Assembly: GCF_004010195.1 (NCBI RefSeq) | Contig: NC_057718.1 | Location: 99,538,684-99,558,683 of the forward strand | From: Chiloscyllium plagiosum | Taxonomy: Eukaryota | DNA: 20,000 nucleotides | Reading direction: 5' to 3' | In this document: positions 10,346 to 19,459 of the stretch, piece by piece | How positions within the stretch are numbered: the stretch's first letter is position 1 | Layout of the letters: every line of letters begins with the position of its first letter | Notes under the pieces: generated by a model | Database searches by the model: none | The model's input: only the letters and a program-made list of their open reading frames with translations | What the model was told of the DNA's origin: nothing | Made by a program: the position numbers and the translations under genes

Positions 10346-10777
10346 ACACCACTGCTTCCCCATACATGGACAGAAATCAGAAATTCTTGCCGTGCATGAC
10401 TGCATCAGTTGATGTATTGTTATGAATCTAAACTCGTTTCTTCGAGATTCCAATTTTGTAGAATCATGCAGTTCAGAAAAAACCACTTGGCCCATCAAGT
10501 CTGTACTGCTAGAAAAATGCAACCAGCTAGACTTTCCCACAGAATCATAGAATGATACAGTACAGAATTTAGCTTAATGCTCATGGTATCAACACATCTA
10601 AAAATGTCTTGACAACACAAACAGTTTGCCAAGGTTGAACTATTTAATTTATAATTTGCAAGAAGGGAAGTTGTGGTGAGAGTAAACAGGATTGAATGTT
10701 TTCTCTGTGCTTGATAGTGGAGTACTTATCAACGTTGCTTTGGGAGTGAGGATGCAGTGAAGACCTGCTCTCTATCC

Positions 10778-11422
10778 ACATGTCTTTTCCCTAGGGTAGG
10801 GGAGTCAAAAACTAGAGGGCATGGGTTTAAGATGAAAGAACTAAGATTTAACAGGGACCTAAGGGACAACCTTCGCACACAGAGGGTGGTGCATATATGG
10901 AATGCATTGCCAGAGGAGGTGGTGGAGGGTGGTACAATTACAACATTATGAAGGCATCTGGATTATTTTTCCCTTTATTCATTCACAGGATGAGGCCATC
11001 TGTGGCTAAACCAGCATTCATTGCCTGGAGGGCAGTTTAAGAGTCAACCACATTGCTGTGGTCTGGAGTCACAGGTAACGATGCCAGTTTCTTTCCCCGA
11101 AGGACATCAGTGAACCAGATGAGGGTCTTCCCCAACAATGGATTCATGGTCAACATTAAACTTGTAATTTCAGACTTTTTTTTTGTTCGCCCAAATTCAA
11201 TCCAACTGCAGGCCTTAAACCCAGGTCGCCAGAACTTTACCTGGGTCTCTGGATTAACAGCACAGCAATGACACCACTAGGCCTTCACCTCCCAGTGTAC
11301 ATAATGGGGACATGAATAGGAAGGGTTTCGGGGGATATGGGTCCAGGTTAATTTAGGATATTTGATCGGCATGGACGAGTTGGACCGAAGGGTCTGTCTC
11401 TGTGCTGTATGAGTCTCTCTAT
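10778..11422 (+). mobile_element. CR1/HER1 3' fragment split by a SINE insertion
   Basis: LFPRVGESKTRGHGFK..QRVVHIWNALPEEVVEGGTI, resuming at about 11305 with the CR1 tail. Confidence 0.85.
10965..11296 (-). mobile_element. tRNA-derived SINE (LINE-2 partner family), near full length
   Basis: ttattcattcacaggatg..ccagcatt.attgc tail, gagtcaaccacattgctgtgg core, head gaggtgaaggcctagtgg on minus strand. Confidence 0.75.
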
Positions 11423-11618
11423 ATTGTTTTGAAATGTTCCCTGACACACTGACTGTTTGGACCGTGCCAGTGTTCACAAGATACTTAAAAGATACCATGC
11501 ATTTCTCCACCTGTGACTTTTGTTATTACAAAGAGCTCTCTTGGCTTAAATCCTGCAGAATTGTCACTATGTCATTGTAAGGTGCTTGTATCGCAGGGCG
11601 CTGTTCAATATTACTTAC

Positions 11619-11784
11619 AACGTCTTCCAAAAGGTGGAAATCCCAGGGCATTACACATTTGGATACAGCAAAGACCCCCATATCGAATTTACACCACCCG
11701 CATGCATCAAAGGATTCCAAATAGATCCAATTTAATCTTTGTGGTGTCCCACATGACCTTTTTAACATTTTCAATGGCAGTGAT
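11619..11784 (-). CDS. Candidate internal exon, unknown product
   Basis: Acceptor ..ctatttaaag|, donor |gtaagtaat; 166 nt with one open frame SLPLKMLKRSCGTPQRLNWIYLESFDACGWCKFDMGVFAVSKCVMPWDFHLLEDV; no homology recognised. Confidence 0.3.
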
Positions 11785-12009
11785 CTTTAAATAGTCGCGA
11801 GTGTATGAAATAAAATAGTGAACAGTATCTGTTTGCACATATCACAGCCCCCTTCTCTTCTCCCAAGGCAGCCTAGTCTTGCCAAATGCATTCCAAACGA
11901 TGTTTTGAAAAGCATATTCCCTCCCATTCCGGAATGTAGGCCAGTCTCGCTCTCTGATCTCCCCGGGACGTCTGTCCTGCTCGGTGACACACCAATGTGC
12001 CAGTTTGGA

Positions 12010-12330
12010 CGGGTGTAGGCTTCCACAGATCCTCCCTCCAATGACATGAGCCAGAAACCTACCCTGATGGAGGCGCTGTCCTTTCACTGAGTCATTCAAT
12101 CCAAAGTCCTGTCTGCTCTCCCAGCTGGATGGGAAAGATCCCATGGCGCAGTTCAAAGAAGACCACCCTCCGGGGATATCCCCCCCCCCCCTCAGCAGAT
12201 TGGGCAGCCAATCCAATCTGTATTTCATCCAACAGTGAAGAAACGACAATAGCAAGTCGTTGGCTGTAACACATTTTGAGATGTCCTGAGGTCATCAGGG
12301 AGCCATATAAAAGCACAACCATCTTTTTTC
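12010..12330 (+). mobile_element. Decayed Deu-domain SINE (SacSINE1/AmnSINE1/LmeSINE1 superfamily)
   Basis: ggaggcgctgtcctttc..tgag..gtcctgtctgctctc..tggatgggaaagatcccatggc..ttcaaagaaga matches the recalled Deu core; tail ttggctgtaa..ttt.agatgtcctgaggtc..gccatataaa.gca. Confidence 0.7.
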
Positions 12331-12654
12331 CCTCCTCGTGAAAACATTTCCATTATAAACTCCTGCGACAGAGGCATAACAATATTTGACAGCACTTTGT
12401 GCAACTGAAGTACAGTGTATTCCCCTCACAGCATGTTTGGTCATCATTGGCAAATTTACTTTCATGCAACAAGGACATTCGCCCTGATACAGATACTTAA
12501 ATAAAGAGATTCTTTGCTTGATGGAATTTGTAAAGTTTGTAATCCGCGATTTAAAAGGAAGTTGCTTTAATTTTGGCAGTTTAGCACAGCACATTATGGG
12601 GCAATTATGATCAACACCCATGAGCAAAATTCCAATCAAAGAAAAGAGAGGAAA

Positions 12655-12790
12655 CGTAGAAAAAGGAGTAGGCCATTCAGCCCCTCGGGTCTGGTCTACT
12701 ATTCAATGAGATCACAGCCCTAAGTGTGGCCTATCTCTATCGACCTGCCCCTGACCCATATTCCCTGAACACCTTTGCTAGACAAAATGA
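12655..12790 (-). mobile_element. CR1 3' tail fragment
   Basis: aggagtaggccattcagcccctcg..attcaatgagatca. Confidence 0.65.
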
Positions 12791-12824
12791 CTAATTATTG
12801 CTCAGATTTACTGAGAAAGCAACA

Positions 12825-12932
12825 GAGTTCGTCTTAACTGAATCCACATTTTACCACGTGCCATAGTAAGATTTGAACCATGCCCTGAGATATTAGTCTG
12901 GGGGTCTGGGCTACCAGCCCAATGCCACCTCC
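12825..12932 (-). mobile_element. 5' head of tRNA-derived SINE
   Basis: gccat.gt.agatttgaacc..attagtctgg; similar to 16650-16725. Confidence 0.5.
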
Positions 12933-13189
12933 TCTTCTTTGTTAACAAATGCTTACATTGAAAGAGAGACCTACAACCTGAACTTTCTAAAGTGCCTTTG
13001 ATGGAACAACACACATGATAACAGAGGTGCAGAAAGTGTGAATGAGGAGGCCAGTTTTGAGGCTGTTTGTTTTAGAGATGGGGAGAGCTTGTGGAGTTGG
13101 GAACGGAGGGCATCAACGTGCAGAGACATGATACAGTGGAGGCAGAAAGGGATTCAGTGAAATAGGGTCAGGGACAGGGTCAATCTCAT

Positions 13190-13990
13190 GTAACCCAGCT
13201 TCTTCCTCCTTATCAAACAAGTTTCTGATTGCCTTTTGAAATCCTGCACTGAGCTGTCCTCCACCACATCCTCAGGCAGTACATTCCAGACCCGAAAAGG
13301 TGACTAACATTTCCCTCCTACCACTTTCGCTCCTTTTACTAATAACTGTAAATCTGCATCCTCAATCCTTTCACGAGTGGGAACAGTTCCTCTCTATGTC
13401 TCCCTGGTATCAGTCCAGATTCCCTCCCAGTTTTGGAATATTTTTGTCAGCCTCCTCCCAGACAAACGGTCCCAGTCAATCGGCCTACTTGGGCTTTCTC
13501 AGGCCTGAGCCTGTTCTTATACACTGTTTCTCCGAGGCCTCACACCGTTCCTGAAGAGTGGCACCCTGACCCGGACACAATATTCCCAGCTGAGGCCAAC
13601 CTGCCACTTATACGAGTTCAATATTACCTCCTTACTCTGTACACCTTGCCTCTCTTAATGAAGCTGAAGACACCATATGCCTTAACATTATTCTTCCAAC
13701 CTGCTCTGCCACCTTTAGTGACTTGCACACAGTTCCTCGACTCCCACACTCACCCATTTTCGACTTAATGGTCAGAAAGACCTCTTCTGTTCCGTACGAC
13801 TTCATGATTCTTTAGACAGTACCCTTTCTTTTATAACATCCCTCCATTTTCTTCCTACAAACACCTATCAGCTCAGACCTCTCCACATTGAGCCTAACCT
13901 GCCAACTATGTGCCCACTCCACCAACCTATCTTTGCCCTTATGGATGTTAAACTTTCCCCTTGCTGTATACAATGCTTCTATATTTCTTT
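13190..13990 (-). mobile_element. Old, heavily diverged CR1 ORF2 fragment
   Basis: DRLVEWAHSWQVRLNVERSELI (post-RT region); gacacaatattcc.agctgaggccaacc like the RPxLEYCVQF motif. Confidence 0.7.
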
Positions 13991-13994
13991 CATT

Positions 13995-14070
13995 AAGAAT
14001 CACACAGCACCAGGTTATAGTCTAACAGATTTAGTTGGAAGCAATAGCTTTCACAGCGCTGCTCCTCTGG
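13995..14070 (-). mobile_element. Truncated copy of the 5265-5449 PLE-terminus family
   Basis: cacacagcaccaggttatagtctaacagattta..tagctttc..agcgctgctcct. Confidence 0.65.
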
Positions 14071-14249
14071 CACCTCCACTTCAAATTTCTTATTATCTAT
14101 AAAGCCTGAAGTTGTGCCTCAAACAACCTGGGTGATCCCAAAGTGGAAATTTCAGAGAAAGGGAGGAATAGGGTAGACGCTGAGAGACTGTTGCCCCTTG
14201 GCTCCTGGAGAGAATACAATGACTTGAGACTGAGAGTTGAGGAGGTCTT

Positions 14250-14450
14250 TATATCGCAGTGGATGGTGTCCATGCCTCTGAGCCATGAGCTCTGGATTCA
14301 AATCCCATCCTGGGACTGAGTGACCAAGGAATTGATAACGCGTTCATGATGTGGCAGAGTGGGGTGAGTTTCAATGACAAGTTCTAACATCTTTTCATGA
14401 CAGTTGGTAGGATTCCTGGCAAGCCATATGTGATCGGAGGAATTGGAGCT
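14250..14450 (+). mobile_element. Probable degraded tRNA-derived SINE
   Basis: cgcagtgg A-box-like, cctctgagcca..ggattcaaatcccat B-box-like; family not recognised. Confidence 0.4.
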
Positions 14451-14454
14451 TACA

Positions 14455-14585
14455 TTTACCCCTGACTAATACAACTAAACTATACATCCCTGAACACTAT
14501 GGGAAAAATTAGCATGGCCAATTCACCCTAACCTGCACATCTTTGGATAGTGGGAGAAAACCGGAGCACCCGGAGGAAACCCACC
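14455..14585 (-). mobile_element. HE1 SINE fragment
   Basis: ttagcatggccaattcaccctaacctgcacatctttgga..gagcacccggaggaaaccca (V-domain). Confidence 0.85.
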
Positions 14586-15254
14586 ATCACTATCCTTGGC
14601 TCTAGACCACAACATGCCTGGAAGAGCACCTTCTGCTTCCCCCTGCTGGCTGGATGGTTGGTGAAGATCAGATTAGCACCAGCAGCGCAGGGTTCGAGCC
14701 CCAATTCCCCCAGGGGTGGAGCTGCCTCTTTATTTTACCCATGGTGCAGTCTGAGGAGCTGTGGATCAAGCCTGTTGCTGGGCAGAGAGCTGGAGAAGAA
14801 GTCAACGAGTAGACTGTCAGCCATTTTGCCTCAGTGCCTCGCTATAATAGATTTAATAGTTCCTACAATAGGTATAATTCACTTTGAGGATTTGGAATAT
14901 TTTAAGACAGAGAGCTGTGGATTCCCAACTCTGCAAGTGCACTTGAGACAGATTTGTTTTAAAATCAAATCGGAATTTTGGGAATTGAGAGCAGTAATAA
15001 TTGGACTGGAAAGCGGATTGCTGTCAATGTGTTTGTTCAATGGAGATGCAATCGAAATCCTGCTCCTTTTCCTCATGTTCTCATCAGTGTAGCACATGAA
15101 AAAAACAATATCTATCGCCATGGTGAAGCATTCTTGAAGAAACAATGAACATTGATCCAAGCTCAGCTGAATGATCCTGAATATCGCTGTCTTTCTCTAT
15201 TCATGACAGGATGTGGGCATCTCTGAGAAGGTCAGATTTGGCTGCCCACTCCTA

Positions 15255-16441
15255 GAGTCACAGAGTCATAGAGATGTACAGCATGGAAACAGACCCTTCG
15301 GTCCAACCTGTCCATGCCGACCAGATATCCCAACCCCACCTAGTCCCACCTGCCAGCACCCGACCCATTCCCCTCCAAACCCTTCCTATTAATATACCCA
15401 TCCAAATGCCTCTTAAATGTTGCAATTGTACCAGCTTCCATCACATCCTCTGGCAGCTCATTCCATATACGTACCACCCTCTGTGTGAAAAAGTTGCCCT
15501 TTAGGTCTCCTTTCTATCTTACCCCTCTCACCCTAAACCTATGCCCTCTAGTTCTGGACTCCCCGACCGCAGGGAAAAGACTTTGTCTATTTACCCTATC
15601 CATGCCCCTCATAATTTTGTAAACCTCTATAAGGTCATCCCTCAGCCTCCGACGCTCCAGGTAAAAAAGCCCCAGTCTGTTCAGCCTCTCTCTATAGCTC
15701 AGATCCTCCAACCCTGGCAACATCCCTGTAAATCTTTTCTGAACCCTTTCAGGTTTCACAACATCTTTCCGATAGGAAGGAAACCAGAATTGCACACAAT
15801 ATTCCAACAGTGGCCTAACCAATGTCCTGTGCAGCCTCAACATGACCTCCCAACTCCTGTAGGAGAAAGTGAGGACTGCAGATGCTGGAGATCAGAGCTG
15901 AAAATGTGTTGCTGGAAAAGCGCAGCAGGTCAGGCAGCATCCAAGAAGCAGGAGAATCGACGTTTGGGGCATGAGCCCTTCTTCAGGAACTCCTTCAGGA
16001 ACTCCCAACTCCTGTACTCAATACTCTGACCAATAAAGGAAAGCATACCAAAAGCCACCTTCACTATCCTATCTACCTGCGACTCCACTTTCAAGGAGCT
16101 ATGAACCTGCACTCCAAGGTCTCTTTGTTCAGCAACACTCCCTAGGACCTTACCATTAAGTGTATAAGTCCTGCTAAGATTTGCTTTCCCAAAATGTCGC
16201 ACCTCACGTTTATCTGAATTAAACTCCATCTGCCACTTCTCAGCCCATTGGCCCATCTGGTCCAGGTCCTGTTGTAATCTGAGGTAACCATCTTCGCTGT
16301 CCATGACACCTGCAATTTTGGTGTCATCTGCAAACTTACTAACTGTACCTCTTATGCTCACATCCAAATCATTTATGTAAATGACAAAAAGTAGAGGGTC
16401 CAGCACCGATCCTTGTGGCACTCCACTGGTCACAGGCCTCC
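15255..16441 (-). mobile_element. Young 5'-truncated CR1/HER1 LINE with RT catalytic core, interrupted by a PLE insert
   Basis: SGVPQGSVL..LF.IYINDLD..KFADDTK, then LVRPLLEYCVQFW..RGHRF; (gagtca[c/t]a)n tail. Confidence 0.97.
15862..16001 (-). mobile_element. Short PLE-terminus insertion with perfect 15-bp TSD
   Basis: TSD ctcccaactcctgta at 15847-15861 and 16002-16016; hammerhead box mutated (CTGAAGA..CAAAC). Confidence 0.9.
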
Positions 16442-16728
16442 ACTAATCGCCCCTGAACTGAGGATTTACTAGGGGCATTTCAGAGGGCCGTTAAACCCCA
16501 TTGCTGTGGGCCTGGAGTCACGTGTAAACCAGACCAGGTAAGGATGGCAGATTTCCTTCCGCTAAACAACATTAGCGAACCAGATGGGCTCTTAACAACA
16601 ATTGATGGAGGTTTCGTAGTCATCATTAACTGAATTTTAACTCCACCAATTACTGTGACGGGATTTGAACCCATGCCCAATGAAAATTAACCTGGATTAC
16701 AGGATGAGCAATATTACCATTATATCAC
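16442..16728 (-). mobile_element. tRNA-derived SINE (LINE-2 partner family); its tail lies at about 15195-15254, across the CR1
   Basis: ccagaccaggtaaggatggcagatttccttcc core, gggatttgaaccc B box; the tail acaggatgtgggcatc..tgccca is on the far side of the CR1. Confidence 0.75.
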
Positions 16729-16767
16729 CGTTAAATATACGGCTCAACCACTAATCATAAAATATAC

Positions 16768-17585
16768 AGAGTCATAGAGATGTACAGCATGGAAATAGAC
16801 CCTACAACCCAACTCCTCCATGTTGACTAGATATCCCAACCTCAACTAGTCCCATTTGCTCGCACGTATCCCTCCAAACCCTTCCTATTCATATACCCAT
16901 CTAGATGCCTTTTAAATGATGTAATTGTACCAGTCTCCACCACATCCTCTGGCAGCTCATTCCATACACGTACCACCCTCTGCATGAAAAAGTTGCCATT
17001 TACATCCCTTTTAAATCTTTCCCCTCTCACTTTAAACCCATGCCTTCTAGTTTTGGATTCCCCAATCCTGAGAAAAATACCTTGTTTATTTACCCTATCC
17101 ACATCCCTCATGCTCTTACAAACCTCTATAAGGTCACCCCTCAGTCTCCGACACTCCAGGGAAAACAGATACCCCAGCCTATTCAGCCTCTCCCTGTAGC
17201 TCAAACCCTCCAACCCTGGCAACATCCTTGTAAATCTTTTCTGAACTCTTTCAAGTTTCACAACATCCTTCCTATAGCAGGGGGAACAGAATTGCACGCA
17301 ATATACCAAAAGTGGCCTAACCAATGTCCTGTACAGCCGCAACATGACCTCCCAACTCATATGTTTAGATCAGAGTGGTGCTGCATCTGCAGTGCTCACT
17401 TTTCCCCTCCCAACTCCTATACTCAGTGCACTGACCAATGAAGGCAAGCATACCAAATGCCTTCTTCACTATCCTGTTGACCTGGGACTCCACTTTCAAG
17501 GAGCTATGAATCTGCACTCCAATGTCTCTTTGTTCAGCAACACGGCCCAGGACCTGACCATTAAGTGTATAAGTCCTGCCCTGCT
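16768..17585 (-). mobile_element. CR1/HER1 LINE, 5'-truncated
   Basis: 172-aa ORF2 C-terminus SWEVMLRLYRTLVRP...WNELPEDVV..FKRHLDGYM. Confidence 0.97.
17363..17405 (+). mobile_element. Micro-insertion of PLE terminal sequence in CR1
   Basis: TSD cctcccaactc(a/c)tat at 17348-17362 and 17406-17420; insert is ttagatcagagtggtgct (inverted PLE piece) plus gcatctgcagtgctcactttt (PLE end, compare 6254-6275). Confidence 0.8.
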
Positions 17586-17818
17586 TTGAGTTTCATTGTG
17601 TAAAGTGTGATTAAGAAGAATCATGTGTTAGAATTTTACAACTGTTACACCAAAGTTTTAGATTGAGAACGCAGCATTCATTTCACAGCAGAAAGTCGGA
17701 AGATGATGAAATGTTAAACATTAAGTCTGAATTCCGTGGCATATACTCTGACCAAAGACATTTGGGGTAATTCTAATGTCCTTCCAGGCAAGGAGAGCAG
17801 AGGGAATCTGGGCTTCTC

Positions 17819-18013
17819 TCACAGACAGGCTCTCACAGAAACTCTTGGCAGAAGAACAGCCAAAGCAGAGCCAAGAAAAACAACAAGAAGAAAAATAGAG
17901 GCGAATGTTTTGTCTACAGGGGAAGGGTTTCTCATCCTAATCACATCTTCAGTGTTCGACAGAAACTCTTTCAGCTCTTGCCGCTTTGATCTGAATGGGT
18001 CCCCAGGGTTTCC
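17819..18013 (-). CDS. Probable coding exon with a hydrophobic helix; gene unidentified
   Basis: Branch cttaac plus pyrimidine tract plus cag| acceptor; frame opens near the acceptor and encodes GNPGDPFRSKRQELKEFLSNTEDVIRMRNPSPVDKTFASIFLLVVFLGSALAVLLPRVSVRACL*; non-repeat sequence. Confidence 0.5.
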   Translation of the reverse strand, partial: GNPGDPFRSKRQELKEFLSNTEDVIRMRNPSPVDKTFASIFLLVVFLGSALAVLLPRVSVRACL

Positions 18014-18154
18014 CTGGGGTGAAAGTGGATGTTAAGCAGGAGCGGGAGAATTGGGAGAGGCGAGTCAAGGTGGGGTTGGCGGGGTTTTCGGGCAGCATCA
18101 CTCAGGGAAGCAGGCAATGAGAGGAAATGGCATGCACGAGAATAGGATTATCGA

Positions 18155-18495
18155 GCGGCACAGTGGCACAGTGGTGGGCGGCACGGTGGCACAGTGGTTA
18201 GCACTGCTGCCTCACGGCGCCAGAGACTCAGGTTCAATTCCCGCCTCAGGCGACTGACTGTGTGGAGTTTGCACATTGTCCCCGTGTCTGCGTGGGTTTC
18301 CTCCGGGTGCTCTGGTTTCCTCCCACAGTCCAAAGATGTGCAGGTTAGGTGAAATGGCCATGCTAAATTGCCCGTAGTGTTAGGTGAAGGGGTAAATGTA
18401 GGGGAATGGGTCTGGGTGGGTTGCGCTTCGGTGGGTCGGTGTGGATTTGTTGGGCCGAAGGGCCTGTTTCCACACTGTAAGTTATCTAATCTAAA
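18155..18495 (+). mobile_element. Full-length HE1 SINE (V-SINE)
   Basis: Pol III A box tggcacagtgg, B box ggttcaattcc, V-domain, CR1-derived tail gggccgaagggcctgtttccacactgta, ending atctaatctaaaaaa. Confidence 0.92.
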
Positions 18496-18540
18496 AAAGA
18501 AGGCAGGAGACATACAAGAACCGACAGCAGGTGAGCAGAG

Positions 18541-18590
18541 GGGAGGCGATGACCTCGTGGTATTATCACTGGACTGTCAATCCAGAGGGA
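18541..18590 (+). mobile_element. Isolated 5' head of the tRNA-derived SINE
   Basis: gggaggcgatgacctcgtggtattatcactggactgtcaatccagag resembles the head of 10965-11296. Confidence 0.55.
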
Positions 18591-18608
18591 GAAAGGGTGC
18601 TGAAAGAG

Positions 18609-18911
18609 CAGATCAAGTGATCGGAACGTGAGAGTGACAGAACAATGGTGACAGAACCTGCCTGACTGGAAAGAACATTTGCATAAAGAACATTTCCCTC
18701 CACACTTCATCTGGACTGGAAACGTTAGCTTACTCTCTCTCCGTGGATCAGATCAAGTGATCGGAACGTGAGAGTGACAGAACAATGGTGTATCTACCTG
18801 CCTGACTGGAAAGAACATTTGCATAAAGAACATTTCCCTCCACACTTCACTTCATGCTCTGATGAAGAGTCATCTGGACTGGAAACGTTAGCTCACTCTC
18901 TCTCCATGGAT
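18609..18911. repeat. Tandem duplication, units 18609-18748 and 18749-18911
   Basis: Both units start cagatcaagtgatcggaacgtgagagtgacagaacaatggtg and end tctctcc(g/a)tggat; unit 1 has a short internal deletion. Confidence 0.95.
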
Positions 18912-18987
18912 GCTGCCTGACTCACTGTGATCTCCAGCATTTGTTGTTTTCAGCACAGATTCCAGCCTCTGCAGTCATTTGCTCCTA
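18853..18987 (+). mobile_element. PLE-terminus element (fourth family) with hammerhead-like motif
   Basis: gct-CTGATGA-a-gagtc..gactg-GAAA-cgtt-agc then ggatgctgcctgac..ctccagcatt..ctgcagt. Confidence 0.7.
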
Positions 18988-19237
18988 ATACGTTTGATTT
19001 AACAGGCTGGGTTGAAAATGTGTTATTTATGTAAAACTCTACATTGACCAACATTTGCGGGAATGTACATGTAGAAAGACAAGATGTTTCTCATTAATAC
19101 CAGTTTAACAAAGCTATTAATTGACAAGAAGTAATGAAAAGCACAAGTTTGTTCCTTTCTCCTTCCCACGTACATTTCATAGAATTCTAAGAGTGTGGAA
19201 ACATGCCATCTGGCCCAAAAGGTCCAACAGGTCAGGC

Positions 19238-19397
19238 TTGGAAAAGCACAGCAGGTCAGGCAGCATCCTAGGGGCAGGCAAATCAATGTTTTGAGCATAA
19301 ACCCTTCATCAGAAATGGCTCTCGCTTAAAATGTCAATTCTCCCGCTCCTCGGATGCTGCCTGAGCTGTTGTGCTTTTCCAGCACCACACTCTCGAC
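19238..19397. mobile_element. Fold-back PLE-terminus element, degraded
   Basis: Arms tggaaaagcacagcaggtcaggcagcatcc / ggatgctgcctgagctgttgtgcttttcca; minus-strand CTGATGAagggtt. Confidence 0.8.
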
Positions 19398-19459
19398 ATG
19401 TATCAACTGCAGCTCAATGACTAGAAGGAGAGTTCACACTAGTTTAAATTATTTACCCT

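Noticed and set aside
12118..12165. LPAGWE peptide resembling a WW domain
   Set aside because: Lacks the central aromatic pair and second Trp; lies in the Deu-SINE core.
14738..14824. Minus-strand MADSLLVDFFSSSLPSNRLDPQLLRLHHG exon, phase-compatible with 11619-11784
   Set aside because: Weak donor (gtaaaa), adjacent to a SINE-like remnant, no homology; phase match has a 1-in-3 chance.
14550..15092. Longest ORF in the track (180 aa, +)
   Set aside because: Starts inside an antisense HE1, crosses a tRNA-like remnant, and has no recognisable domain or composition.
15541..17441. Long plus-strand ORFs (162 aa, 133 aa)
   Set aside because: Antisense shadows of CR1 ORF2.
18178..18250. tRNA gene
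   Set aside because: A and B boxes belong to the HE1 SINE head; no complete cloverleaf.
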